Of a DNA stretch of 64,000 nucleotides, positions 1 through 9,008 are shown in pieces. Every line of letters starts with the position of its first letter. Position 1 is the stretch's first letter. The stretch comes from Fibrobacterales bacterium. GTDB taxonomy: Bacteria; Fibrobacterota; Fibrobacteria; Fibrobacterales; JAOPTW01. Position numbers and translations under genes: made by a program. The stretch lies in assembly GCA_051532035.1 (NCBI GenBank), contig JAOPTW010000001.1, positions 29,041-93,040 on the forward strand, given 5' to 3'. The notes under the pieces are model-generated. The model did not search any database. It was not told the origin of the DNA and was given only the letters and a program-made list of their open reading frames with translations.

Positions 1-816
1 GTTGAAGATATTGATCATGAGAAATCAGCTATCAAATGGAGTATAACTGGGAATAGAAAATTAAAGGTTTCTGTAAAGAAAGGAAAAGTCTATATCGCTC
101 CGCCATCGAAAACATGGTATGGGCCTTTAGAGGAAATCACTTTTACTGCTCGTGACCCTAAAGGGGCAAAAAGTTCTAAGAAAATTATTTTTACAGTAAA
201 TAGAATAAACCAACCTCCAGTAATATCGAAAATTAAATCCCAGAGGATTAAAGAAGGTGGGACGTTTAAATCGGTACATCTTGATAAGTTTGTAAAAGAT
301 CGCGATGATAAAGACAATCGACTTTTTTGGTTTCTTGAAGGTAGCAGTCAACTCGTAGCAACGATTGATTATAACCGGGTGTTAACGGTGAAGATTCCTC
401 ATGAAGATTGGAATGGCAAAGAGACCCTTAAATTGACGTGTCAAGACTCCGAGGGGGCAAAATCATCAGTGAAGGTTGCATATGTGGTAAAATCAGTAAA
501 TGATGCACCGCGCGCATTGAGTGATGCCTATAGTACTGATGAAGGCAAACGATTACGAGTTAAGAAGAAGAATGGGGTATTGGTAAATGATACAGACCCT
601 GATGGCCCAAAACCACGCATCGCTAAGTTAGTTAAGAAGCCCAAAAATGGTAAGATCAGCTTCAAGAAAAATGGATCATTTACCTATAGACCTAAAAAAG
701 GTTTTAGCGGTGATGACACCTTTCAGTATAAAGCGAAGGATAAGAAGGGGAAATGGTCAAAACCTGTTGATGTAGACATAACAGTATTCTTTAAGTTACA
801 GGATATTCGGAAGTAG
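1..816 (+). CDS. Tandem-95/cadherin-like Ig-fold repeat protein, 3' part (5' end outside window)
   Basis: Frame 1 is open from base 1 (VEDIDHEKSAIKWSITG...) into the 379..816 ORF. Repeated units end in 'VNRINQPP' and 'VKSVNDAPRALSDAYSTDEG...GVLVNDTDPDG...GSFTYRPKKGFSGDDTFQY'. Confidence 0.8.
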   Translation, partial: VEDIDHEKSAIKWSITGNRKLKVSVKKGKVYIAPPSKTWYGPLEEITFTARDPKGAKSSKKIIFTVNRINQPPVISKIKSQRIKEGGTFKSVHLDKFVKDRDDKDNRLFWFLEGSSQLVATIDYNRVLTVKIPHEDWNGKETLKLTCQDSEGAKSSVKVAYVVKSVNDAPRALSDAYSTDEGKRLRVKKKNGVLVNDTDPDGPKPRIAKLVKKPKNGKISFKKNGSFTYRPKKGFSGDDTFQYKAKDKKGKWSKPVDVDITVFFKLQDIRK

Positions 817-833
817 CAGAGAATCAGACAAAT

Positions 834-868
834 AAAAAGGGTGTCTTTAGAGAAGACACCCTTTTTTT
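834..868. terminator. Bidirectional intrinsic terminator
   Basis: AAAAAGGGTGTCTT-loop-AAGACACCCTTTTTTT lies between convergent genes. Confidence 0.85.
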
Positions 869-930
869 ATACTCTTATATTTCACCAGCGGCTAAAGCTA
901 TCGGTGATTTATCATCAGTGGATTTGAATA

Positions 931-2259
931 TTACTTAACTGCTACTAATGGCATAAATAGGGCAACATCACTATTTCTAACACCATTCACTGAGTTTACT
1001 CTCATATTATGAAGGTCAGTCCACTCTTCTGATGGGAGTAGTTTCTGAGTCGCTTGTGAGCGATTGTTCTGAATTATAATATCTTGATCTTTAAGCTTGA
1101 GAAGCTGATCTTCAATTGCCCAACCATTTTCACTGTTTTCTATCACTCCTTGTAAGAAACCAAGGGTTGCGGGTTTCCAGCACATGATATCTGAGCCCGA
1201 TATCGAACGGGTAGTACAAGCAAGAAACCCTGCAAACAAAAAGGTACTCTCTGCACCTTCTGAAGCATGAATTTGAGCAAGAACTTCAAGGAGCGCCGAG
1301 TCTTTGGGTTGTACAAAGAGGGGAGTATTGTGCTTATGAGAAAGAACGCTTGCTTTGTCGATAAGCTCAGTAAAACTTGCATCGACCTCATCAATAATTG
1401 TTATTGATGTAAGTGTCTCAGAATAGTCTGTTAAAAGCTCTTCAAGAGCCTCAAAATGGTTTTCTATGGTGAGTTCAGAAATCAGTATGATATTCTGTTT
1501 ATTGCGTGCACGAGTCTTCTTAATAAGTTTATTGAGGGTAGTGCACCACCCAGCAATTTCTAAGAGTTGATCATTCTTAAAGAGTGCTTGTGTGCTCTGT
1601 TCGATAAACGATTCAAGTTGAGTTATGACCTCTTTTGCACTTTCAGTGAGGAGCTTATAGCCTGGCTCTGAACCTGCAACTGAGTCAACAAAATTCTGGG
1701 CAGGGCTATTGCTTGCAGATGCAGTATTAACTTGGCCAAGTATGGCATTAATGGTGTCATCATGAGATGTTGTTGATTGCGGCGCTATGTCGGGTATAGA
1801 GGGTTTTACTATATCAAACATTGCATTGATAATATCTTCTTTTGTAGAACCTTGGAGCTGAATTGCAGTGAGGTCGCTGTTAAAAGTCTCAAAATCTATA
1901 GTTCTATTGAGGGCGTCTTTGCATATTGCAAGTGCTGCTCTCGTTTGGTTCAGTAGTGGTATGTCAAGATTTAGTGGTTTTGTTGTTGCTATCTCTCTTC
2001 CGGTAACTACAACAGATCCAAAAAGATCGCCACTATAGAGTGGGGTCTCTACGTTACAAGAAATAGGTATGGTTGCCGAGAGGCACCCTTCGATTGAACC
2101 TAGTGTTTCGTTGTTAACGACAATAGGAGAGAAGGATGAAAAGGAGCGTGGTAATACAATAGCATGGTGCGCTTCTGTAATATCATTATTTACTTTCTTA
2201 GCGGATGTCGACGGGTTAGTTGAAACACCGGTCGTGACAAAAGTTTCTTCAATTTTCAT
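931..2259 (-). CDS. Diverged T6SS sheath-like protein (TssC/VipB-like C-terminal half, possibly TssB-like N-terminus)
   Basis: Manual alignment to TssC of this window: LFKNDQLLEIAGWCTTLNKLIKKT vs IFHNETFQKLESSWRGLKFLVDRT; ENGW vs DNGW; RNSDVALF vs KNSDYACF. Confidence 0.6.
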   Translation of the reverse strand: MKIEETFVTTGVSTNPSTSAKKVNNDITEAHHAIVLPRSFSSFSPIVVNNETLGSIEGCLSATIPISCNVETPLYSGDLFGSVVVTGREIATTKPLNLDIPLLNQTRAALAICKDALNRTIDFETFNSDLTAIQLQGSTKEDIINAMFDIVKPSIPDIAPQSTTSHDDTINAILGQVNTASASNSPAQNFVDSVAGSEPGYKLLTESAKEVITQLESFIEQSTQALFKNDQLLEIAGWCTTLNKLIKKTRARNKQNIILISELTIENHFEALEELLTDYSETLTSITIIDEVDASFTELIDKASVLSHKHNTPLFVQPKDSALLEVLAQIHASEGAESTFLFAGFLACTTRSISGSDIMCWKPATLGFLQGVIENSENGWAIEDQLLKLKDQDIIIQNNRSQATQKLLPSEEWTDLHNMRVNSVNGVRNSDVALFMPLVAVK

Positions 2260-2267
2260 AGAAGATC

Positions 2268-2867
2268 CTATTTTTCGCTAGTAATTGTCAGGTCATCTTG
2301 AATTGGTGCTAATTGAGTAGTGGTTTCATTAAAGAAAAAGAGGTATACAAGTCCAGCTGCGCCTGCAGCACCAAGAACACCACCTGCTATTTTAAGTCCA
2401 TTGCCAGAAACAACAGATGCTGATGATGATTGAAAAAACTCTTCAGAGATCATAGTGAGGTTTTTACTGATACCACCATCTACATAGTTCTGTGCAATAG
2501 TCACCGTTTTCCCTGCAGTTACATCAAATAGCTCACAATGTATCGTAATAGCCCCGTCTTTCTTTTCTATAGATGGGATAATGAGATAATCAGTTTCAAG
2601 AGCTGTTCCGAGCTCTTTCTTACAACTCGCTTCACAACGAGTAGGAACCATAACGCCTTTACGTTCGAGCATCGAGTCACGTTTACGAAGACTCATGACG
2701 GTCACTGCGTCATTTACGGTCAAAATGGTGATAAATCGTTCTTGAATATCTTCGATAACAGCAGTATTTTCAATACCTTGAACATCAAAGTCAAGTACCG
2801 ATGCAGTTGGTGCATCGGCAAAAAGAGCTGAAGCTGTTAAAGTAAGTGCTATGAGTAATGAACGCAT
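2268..2867 (-). CDS. Exported protein with CsgG/TolB-N-like domain and C-terminal TM helix
   Basis: Likely start is ATG 2867 (MRSLLIAL..., GGAG RBS). Signal peptide, 'CEASCKKELGTALETDYLII' pattern, Gly/Ala-rich C-terminal TM segment. Confidence 0.6.
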   Translation of the reverse strand: MRSLLIALTLTASALFADAPTASVLDFDVQGIENTAVIEDIQERFITILTVNDAVTVMSLRKRDSMLERKGVMVPTRCEASCKKELGTALETDYLIIPSIEKKDGAITIHCELFDVTAGKTVTIAQNYVDGGISKNLTMISEEFFQSSSASVVSGNGLKIAGGVLGAAGAAGLVYLFFFNETTTQLAPIQDDLTITSEK

Positions 2868-2981
2868 TGTATCTCCGGTGGTATAAAATTTAGAATGCCT
2901 ACTAAATATGGTTAATTTTGAGTATTTATTCAATGAAAGTAAACGGGATATTACATGAATGGCGATGGTTTTTGGTGGGAT

Positions 2982-2997
2982 TGTGATGAGGGTCACG
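2982..2997. promoter_or_regulatory. CRP/FNR-like site, copy 1
   Basis: TGTGA-tgaggg-TCACG in a divergent intergenic region. Confidence 0.55.
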
Positions 2998-3097
2998 TTT
3001 GAAATAAATATTGGTATTAAAGATTGTGCAGCTTGATCTATTTGGGTTAGGCCAAAATCATTATTATATTTCATACACAATGAACTAGGAGGTTGTT

Positions 3098-3703
3098 TTG
3101 GGAATATTATTAGTGTGCGCTATTGCTTTTTCATTATTTTTTATTGGGTGTCCAAAGGACCTTAAAACGGTCGGTACTGTTGATATTAGTAAATTGATTA
3201 CTCAAAAGGATCTTGCGGAGATGGGGTATGAGAAAGCGGTTGATTCGCTTTTGGGGGAGATTGTTACGGTTTCTGGGTTAAAACACATAAGTGTAACAGG
3301 TGATGTAGGTATGGTAAAAGAACGTAATATGTGTGATCAATACTTTTATATGGCAGATGAATATAATAAAAATTTTCGACCAGTAAAAATAAGCGGATAT
3401 ACGACAGCAATTTCAGGGCTATTTAATTTGAATAGTAATCAGATTAAAGGAATCTTTAGCCATTCAAAAAATGTTTCCACATCTATGGATGTGGAGGAAC
3501 CTACATTTTTTAAGCAAGATGTATGTGATCCTGGGCCAAATAATCCAGAGCCATATAAGAATACTCCAGAATTTACTCGTGAAACAAATACTAATATCAT
3601 AAATAGCCCTGACTTGATCGTGACGGGAAAAATTGTTGAAATCCATGGGAAGCCTGGGAAAAATATCACCCTTTCCATTCGAGCGATAGGTATTAGTTAT
3701 TAG
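3098..3703 (+). CDS. Hypothetical lipoprotein (candidate immunity protein)
   Basis: TTG start after GGAGG; hydrophobic signal ending in lipobox-like FIG-C; converges on the 998 aa gene. Confidence 0.7.
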   Translation: MGILLVCAIAFSLFFIGCPKDLKTVGTVDISKLITQKDLAEMGYEKAVDSLLGEIVTVSGLKHISVTGDVGMVKERNMCDQYFYMADEYNKNFRPVKISGYTTAISGLFNLNSNQIKGIFSHSKNVSTSMDVEEPTFFKQDVCDPGPNNPEPYKNTPEFTRETNTNIINSPDLIVTGKIVEIHGKPGKNITLSIRAIGISY

Positions 3704-3721
3704 TATTTTTAAAATTTCAAG

Positions 3722-3763
3722 AAAATAAAGTGCTATGGGATTCATCCCATAGCACTTTATTTT
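3722..3763. terminator. Bidirectional terminator (20-bp perfect inverted repeat)
   Basis: AAAATAAAGTGCTATGGGAT-tc-ATCCCATAGCACTTTATTTT, overlapping the stop codon of the 998 aa gene. Confidence 0.85.
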
Positions 3764-6753
3764 TGCACACTTATTACAAAATCTGAACCTTCTAACAGGG
3801 TAAAAGCTTTTGAAGTAGCTTTAGTAAGGTTTTGATCTCCACAGAGTTGAAAGAGTGGATAAACTTTACATTCTGTACTTCCCTCATCCCAATCTGTAAC
3901 ATCATTTTTATCGATTACAAGAGAACCATAGATTTGTTGACCGATAAGAGTTGTGTCTGCTAATTTGTATAAATTCCAATGATTGCCTTTAACTTTTATG
4001 TTGCCGTCCATCCAGCCAATGTTTTCTTCTCTCAATTTAACCCAAATCTGTTTGTCTAGATAGTTATTGATTTGGATATTGTATGTTATAAATTTATTTG
4101 AGTGAAGTATATGTGAATTCACTTTTACTTCTGGTTTAGAAATGCTTAAATGTTCATTAAATAATGAAATCTCATTCTTCTTTCCAGGTTCCTTAATTTG
4201 AGGGGCAACCTTAAACACATTGTCGTCATGGCCCTTGAAGAAATCGTGATTGGCACTAAGTTCAAAGAGAGATATTATGTTTTTATCATCATCAGTCTGT
4301 TGGACTTCTTCAGTCTCTCCATCTTTATCAACTAGCTTATCCAAAGTAAATTTAATATGGCAAACTAATGCCCATTTTCCTTTATTAGGTTCAGCACATT
4401 CTTCAACAACTAATTTTAAGTCATCAAGGTATTCTAAATTAGCTCCATTAGATGGAATAACTTTCAGTAACCCTTTTGCATCATCAAGTCCAGGTTTGTC
4501 ACAAACATCTAATGTTTGAAGCTCAAAGGAGGTCCACTCACCAATAACAATAGAATCTTTAGCTCCTTCTGAAAATCCGATATTTTTTCCAAATTTAGAT
4601 TCATAAAACATGATTTCTTTTTTAGGTAATTCAATTCTATCCATAAAGGGGAGTGAAAGATACGATTCATCTCCAAAAACTATACGGTCTTTATTAACAT
4701 CATATAATTTACCGGTAAGGAAGTTATATTGAAGTTGTAGATACGAGAGCTGAAAACAAAATTTACCATCTATTTGAAGTGATGCTGTTGGGTCCCAATC
4801 GAAATCAGCTTCACCATCTTTTGTCGACCACTCTAGGGAGAAAGAAATCCCTGCACTTTTTGTGAGGCTCGCTTGTACGTATGCCTTCACGGCAAGTGCT
4901 TCAAGAAGGTCTTGTAATGGAGCAAGTAAATCCTGTTCGCCATTGTCTTCACCAAAAGTGTCATCGCCATTGGCATCTTTAAGAGAAGCTATTTCACTTG
5001 CAGCCATTGTCCAAACAGCTTGAAGAATGACATCTAAACTTATTTTTCCTTCGCCGGAAATGCCTATGCTAAAGGTATGCTTTGTGCCACCATCATCTTC
5101 ATCTTTCTGATCGTAGCTCACCTTAAATTTAATTTCTGCACTAGCACTGAGTTTAACTTGAAAGTTCAGAAAACCAAAAAGTATCAAGCCACATGGCTGT
5201 GGGAAAACTTTTTTTGACTTGCCTTCGAAAATACTTAATTCAACGCCAAAGGTTGTAGAGTTATCCTTAGTTGTATCACTCTTTAACTTGTTAAGTACTT
5301 TCTTAAAGTAGGTATCGCCATCTTGGCTGGTCATTTTCATTTCATCAGAAAACTCATTACCAATATTTTTAAGTAATGGCCAAAAGTATCCTTTCTTTTT
5401 AGTACCGACCTGCCTCATACCTTTTGCTAAAGCAAGAGATTCTGTTTTTGTTTTAGAAACAAACTCTTTGTATTTGAAATCCGGCCCTAGAATGCCAGCT
5501 TTAATTGCTGCTTTATATGCATGACCGAGAACTTCTGTTAACTTTTCAAAATTTTCGGCTTCTTCAATCGTTTTCTTTATTGAGGTAAAGTTATCAAAAC
5601 CTGCAACAGCATAGGCTGCAAGTATTTCTGCAGCTCCAACATTGTCAATAAGAAAATCAATAGTTTTCAAACCTTTTTGCAATTGCTTTCTATCTTTGCC
5701 CTTCGCTGCCATCTTTGCTTGTGCGAAAAGGAGAACACCACTAAAAACTGATACAGCAGTGGAGATACTGAGAAGTGATACCCAATTGATTTCTTTGGGC
5801 TCAGCGGCTTTATATGAGCTAGGTGTGATTTTATTAATGAGTTGTATTGACTCCTTAGGGATTAAGGCAATAAGCATTAGATTTTTGTTGCCGCTAATGA
5901 TTCTATCACGCCTCCATGTATGATTTTGGTAAGTTTGCGGATTATTTCTGTCATTTCTAATGGGGTCTAAGTTATTCATATTGGTCATTAGGGCATCATT
6001 GTCCATTTCAACCAACATATTAGACTTGAAATTTGATTCAAAGTCGTAGTCTGCGTTTCGTGCCCAAATTTTTAAATAACAACCAGCGGTATAATCATTT
6101 GGATTATATTTTTCACCATATTTTTCATGTATCTTTTTAAGACGTTCTGCTTGCCCTTTTTGAGAGTGATCATTGCGAACATCAACATAAAATTTATATT
6201 TTATTACACCGTCAGTTTCTGTATCTACTAGAATATCTTGGGTAATTTGCTTATTTTCAGTATCATGTCTACGAGATACAAGTTTTTGGTCTGCTCCATT
6301 AATTTCACCAAAAAAGAATCCAATTCTAGGGAAATCATCAACTACCCAACCATTTTCATCAACCGCTTTACCAATAGAAGGGGGTTGTAAAAAAGACCAT
6401 ACTTCTGCATTAGGCCATGTTTCCGCTCTGCCTGGAAGGTACGATCCTCCAGGGGTGATTTCTAGAATAACCCACTGTCTTACGGAGTTACAAAATACAC
6501 CAGAATGCTTATTCTTTCCACTATACTGGAGGCTTGAATTATTTTCAATTACGAGTGTAGGTTTGTTATCATCATCTTTGTCTGTTTCAACTTCAAGGTA
6601 ATCACCAATCTCTTTTTTGTATTCATCCGAAAAATCAAGTTGTGGATTTTCATGCGTTTTATCAAATGATTGTTCGGTGTCAGTCCAGTAAATTCTTACA
6701 CCCTTCCAGCTTTCTTGGGAGGTGTTTATATTTTTAAATGCTTTAGATGTCAT
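3757..6753 (-). CDS. Large hypothetical protein, candidate T6SS cargo effector
   Basis: 998 aa ORF, no signal peptide, central hydrophobic helix, beta-rich middle region; last gene of the DUF2169-PAAR operon. Confidence 0.6.
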   Translation of the reverse strand: MTSKAFKNINTSQESWKGVRIYWTDTEQSFDKTHENPQLDFSDEYKKEIGDYLEVETDKDDDNKPTLVIENNSSLQYSGKNKHSGVFCNSVRQWVILEITPGGSYLPGRAETWPNAEVWSFLQPPSIGKAVDENGWVVDDFPRIGFFFGEINGADQKLVSRRHDTENKQITQDILVDTETDGVIKYKFYVDVRNDHSQKGQAERLKKIHEKYGEKYNPNDYTAGCYLKIWARNADYDFESNFKSNMLVEMDNDALMTNMNNLDPIRNDRNNPQTYQNHTWRRDRIISGNKNLMLIALIPKESIQLINKITPSSYKAAEPKEINWVSLLSISTAVSVFSGVLLFAQAKMAAKGKDRKQLQKGLKTIDFLIDNVGAAEILAAYAVAGFDNFTSIKKTIEEAENFEKLTEVLGHAYKAAIKAGILGPDFKYKEFVSKTKTESLALAKGMRQVGTKKKGYFWPLLKNIGNEFSDEMKMTSQDGDTYFKKVLNKLKSDTTKDNSTTFGVELSIFEGKSKKVFPQPCGLILFGFLNFQVKLSASAEIKFKVSYDQKDEDDGGTKHTFSIGISGEGKISLDVILQAVWTMAASEIASLKDANGDDTFGEDNGEQDLLAPLQDLLEALAVKAYVQASLTKSAGISFSLEWSTKDGEADFDWDPTASLQIDGKFCFQLSYLQLQYNFLTGKLYDVNKDRIVFGDESYLSLPFMDRIELPKKEIMFYESKFGKNIGFSEGAKDSIVIGEWTSFELQTLDVCDKPGLDDAKGLLKVIPSNGANLEYLDDLKLVVEECAEPNKGKWALVCHIKFTLDKLVDKDGETEEVQQTDDDKNIISLFELSANHDFFKGHDDNVFKVAPQIKEPGKKNEISLFNEHLSISKPEVKVNSHILHSNKFITYNIQINNYLDKQIWVKLREENIGWMDGNIKVKGNHWNLYKLADTTLIGQQIYGSLVIDKNDVTDWDEGSTECKVYPLFQLCGDQNLTKATSKAFTLLEGSDFVISVQK

Positions 6754-6771
6754 AAATTGTCCAAGTAAACA

Positions 6772-7920
6772 TTAACGTTTTTTCATATTCGGTTCCGTAT
6801 ATGTGAAGGAACCAGTAATATATTTATGGTCTGTCCCATCTGATATATCTTTATCGCGTTTCCCATCAAGACTAGTAGAGTCCTGTAGCATGTCGCCAGG
6901 GTGGACGGCTGCTTTCCCATTGTAAAAGAAGGTTTCGCCTTTTATACCCCATGTTGCGCTGTTAAACCTACATGGTAGAACTTCAAAAATATCATCTGGA
7001 TTTTGAAGTTCCTTGTCTATATACCATCTTTCAGGCTGTTTGGGATTATAGGCCGTAAATTGTTTAGGGTTGTCAAATGGGTCTAAGATTTTCGTAAAAT
7101 CACTATAGAGAGTAATTGCAAATAAATCGAATGGATAGTAGTAGGTACTGCCACTTAAAAAAGGCAGTCTCGTATCAGGGTACTGATCTTTATACAACTC
7201 ATAGAGTAAATGTGGAAGAGGGTTATAGTCATCTGTCCACGATGGAATCTGCAACTCTACCCCTTCTTCTAAAGGCTTTTTAAAATCATCACTTAATACA
7301 TCTTTGTTGAATTCAAAAAGAGGTATAGCTGAAGGAAACCCCCATGAGTATGCTATTGCATTAAGGTTTTCTCCTTTTTGAGTAATATGAGTCAATGGTA
7401 AAATTGAAAAAGAATACCAAGGATGACTACATTTATATTTACTCCACCAATCATTTCTAAAAATGGTGTCAGCCCAAAAAACGCCTTCAAATTTTGTGTC
7501 AAATGTATATCCGTCATTTTCTGGTTCATCGATTGAATATGTCATTCCTTCATAATAATCAAGTCGTTTTAATTTTCGAATATCATATTCTTCATCAGGA
7601 TGAAAGGGGATTGGAGAGAGGTTACCTTCGGCATCTAGCTCTTGGTCTGAAGCTCCTTTAATGATCATATATTTAGAGGGCATTAAATTAGGGTTATTAT
7701 CGGATTCATTCTCGGGGGCATTGAAATGTTTAACTGCAAGATCACACATGTAGTCATAGTTTAGTGAATATGCTCCTAATAGGGCTGCACCAAATCCTTT
7801 TTCGTCCTCAATCTCTGTTAATATCCTTGCAGCGTATTTTATAGTAAATTCAGGAATTATTTTAAAACTGTTTTCATAGCCTGACCATATTCGATTTTCA
7901 GTTTGAAAAAAATCTGACAT
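6772..7920 (-). CDS. Hypothetical protein with internal LysM-like motif
   Basis: HITQKGENLNAIAYSWGF...LFEFNK...LEEGVELQIP resembles LysM; start overlaps the PAAR gene stop. Confidence 0.55.
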   Translation of the reverse strand: MSDFFQTENRIWSGYENSFKIIPEFTIKYAARILTEIEDEKGFGAALLGAYSLNYDYMCDLAVKHFNAPENESDNNPNLMPSKYMIIKGASDQELDAEGNLSPIPFHPDEEYDIRKLKRLDYYEGMTYSIDEPENDGYTFDTKFEGVFWADTIFRNDWWSKYKCSHPWYSFSILPLTHITQKGENLNAIAYSWGFPSAIPLFEFNKDVLSDDFKKPLEEGVELQIPSWTDDYNPLPHLLYELYKDQYPDTRLPFLSGSTYYYPFDLFAITLYSDFTKILDPFDNPKQFTAYNPKQPERWYIDKELQNPDDIFEVLPCRFNSATWGIKGETFFYNGKAAVHPGDMLQDSTSLDGKRDKDISDGTDHKYITGSFTYTEPNMKKR

Positions 7921-9008
7921 TACTCTTCCTCCGGTAACACTTCAATAGTTGCTTGACCAGGAGGTACATCCTCTAATTCTATCTTCCCATCTCCGTCAGT
8001 TGTGCCTTCTACTATAGCGCCGGTTGCAAAATGGACTTTTACCCTTCTCTCTGCAATAGGTGTATCTTTTGGGTCAAGTACTGTGGCAGTAAATATTGCG
8101 GTAATTTTAACTGCAGGTGCAACTGCAATTAAATGTTCTGCAATTACATAAGCGTTTAAACCTGATAATTCAATATCATCATTACCTATTACATCGAAAA
8201 TATGATCCTCAGTCAAAGTCCACTCAACCTCAACAGCCTCACCAGATATCTCAGCATCAATAGTCTCGAGTACATGTTGATCTTTATTATTGACCAGAGC
8301 CATAATCTGAACCTTACACGGTCCATCCTCAAATCCAGGCGCCTCACAAGTAATTGTAACTGCTTCATCCTGTTGTACCGGATCAGAACCAATCTCCGCA
8401 TTACACAAATCCTTAACTTTAATCTCAACACTTCCAGCCTCAGCATACCCTTCATAGTGTGCTTCACCCTCAGAATTACTCGTTCCAATAAGCTCTTCAC
8501 CAGCAGGATCAGTCATAGTAAAGGGAACACCATTAACTGGTTTACCGGCTGCATCTAAAAATTCTACATCAACAATGTGAAGTTCAGTAGGCTCTGTAAG
8601 CTCTTTTACTTCCATGGCAGTTATGCCGCCCGGGCCTTTCGTCGCGGCTTTAGCAGCGCTTGCAGCAGCGGCTGCGGCACCACCGCCTCCACCTCCGGCA
8701 CCAGGGCCGATAAGTACGGTCATCTCACCAAGGATTATGGTTGATGGGGGGCCAACACAGACTGCCATATCGCCCATTACTGCTGCTGGCATTTTACCAA
8801 TGAGTACGGTTGGGGAACCGGGTCCACTGATAGGGCCACCAACGTGGGGGATAGGGGCAGGCGCAGGTGTGGCCATCGGACACATATGCATATCTGTTAA
8901 CCGGGCTGCGGGCATTTTTCCGATCATTACTGTCGGACATCCTGGGCCACTGATCATACCGCCGTGCGCGGTAGAATCCATGAGTCGTGCGGCTGGTTTA
9001 CCGGCCAT
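7920..9008 (-). CDS. PAAR-domain spike protein with C-terminal extension (two transthyretin-like modules)
   Basis: PAARLMD / PAARLTD / PAAVMGD motifs, Gly/Ala linker, then two 'LD..G/D.P....GT...G' modules. Confidence 0.9.
   Translation of the reverse strand: MAGKPAARLMDSTAHGGMISGPGCPTVMIGKMPAARLTDMHMCPMATPAPAPIPHVGGPISGPGSPTVLIGKMPAAVMGDMAVCVGPPSTIILGEMTVLIGPGAGGGGGGAAAAAASAAKAATKGPGGITAMEVKELTEPTELHIVDVEFLDAAGKPVNGVPFTMTDPAGEELIGTSNSEGEAHYEGYAEAGSVEIKVKDLCNAEIGSDPVQQDEAVTITCEAPGFEDGPCKVQIMALVNNKDQHVLETIDAEISGEAVEVEWTLTEDHIFDVIGNDDIELSGLNAYVIAEHLIAVAPAVKITAIFTATVLDPKDTPIAERRVKVHFATGAIVEGTTDGDGKIELEDVPPGQATIEVLPEEE

Noticed and set aside
2868..3080. N-terminal extension of the 270 aa ORF in the ORF track
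   Set aside because: ATG 2867 has a GGAG RBS and begins a signal peptide; the extension spans the divergent promoter region and the shared motif.
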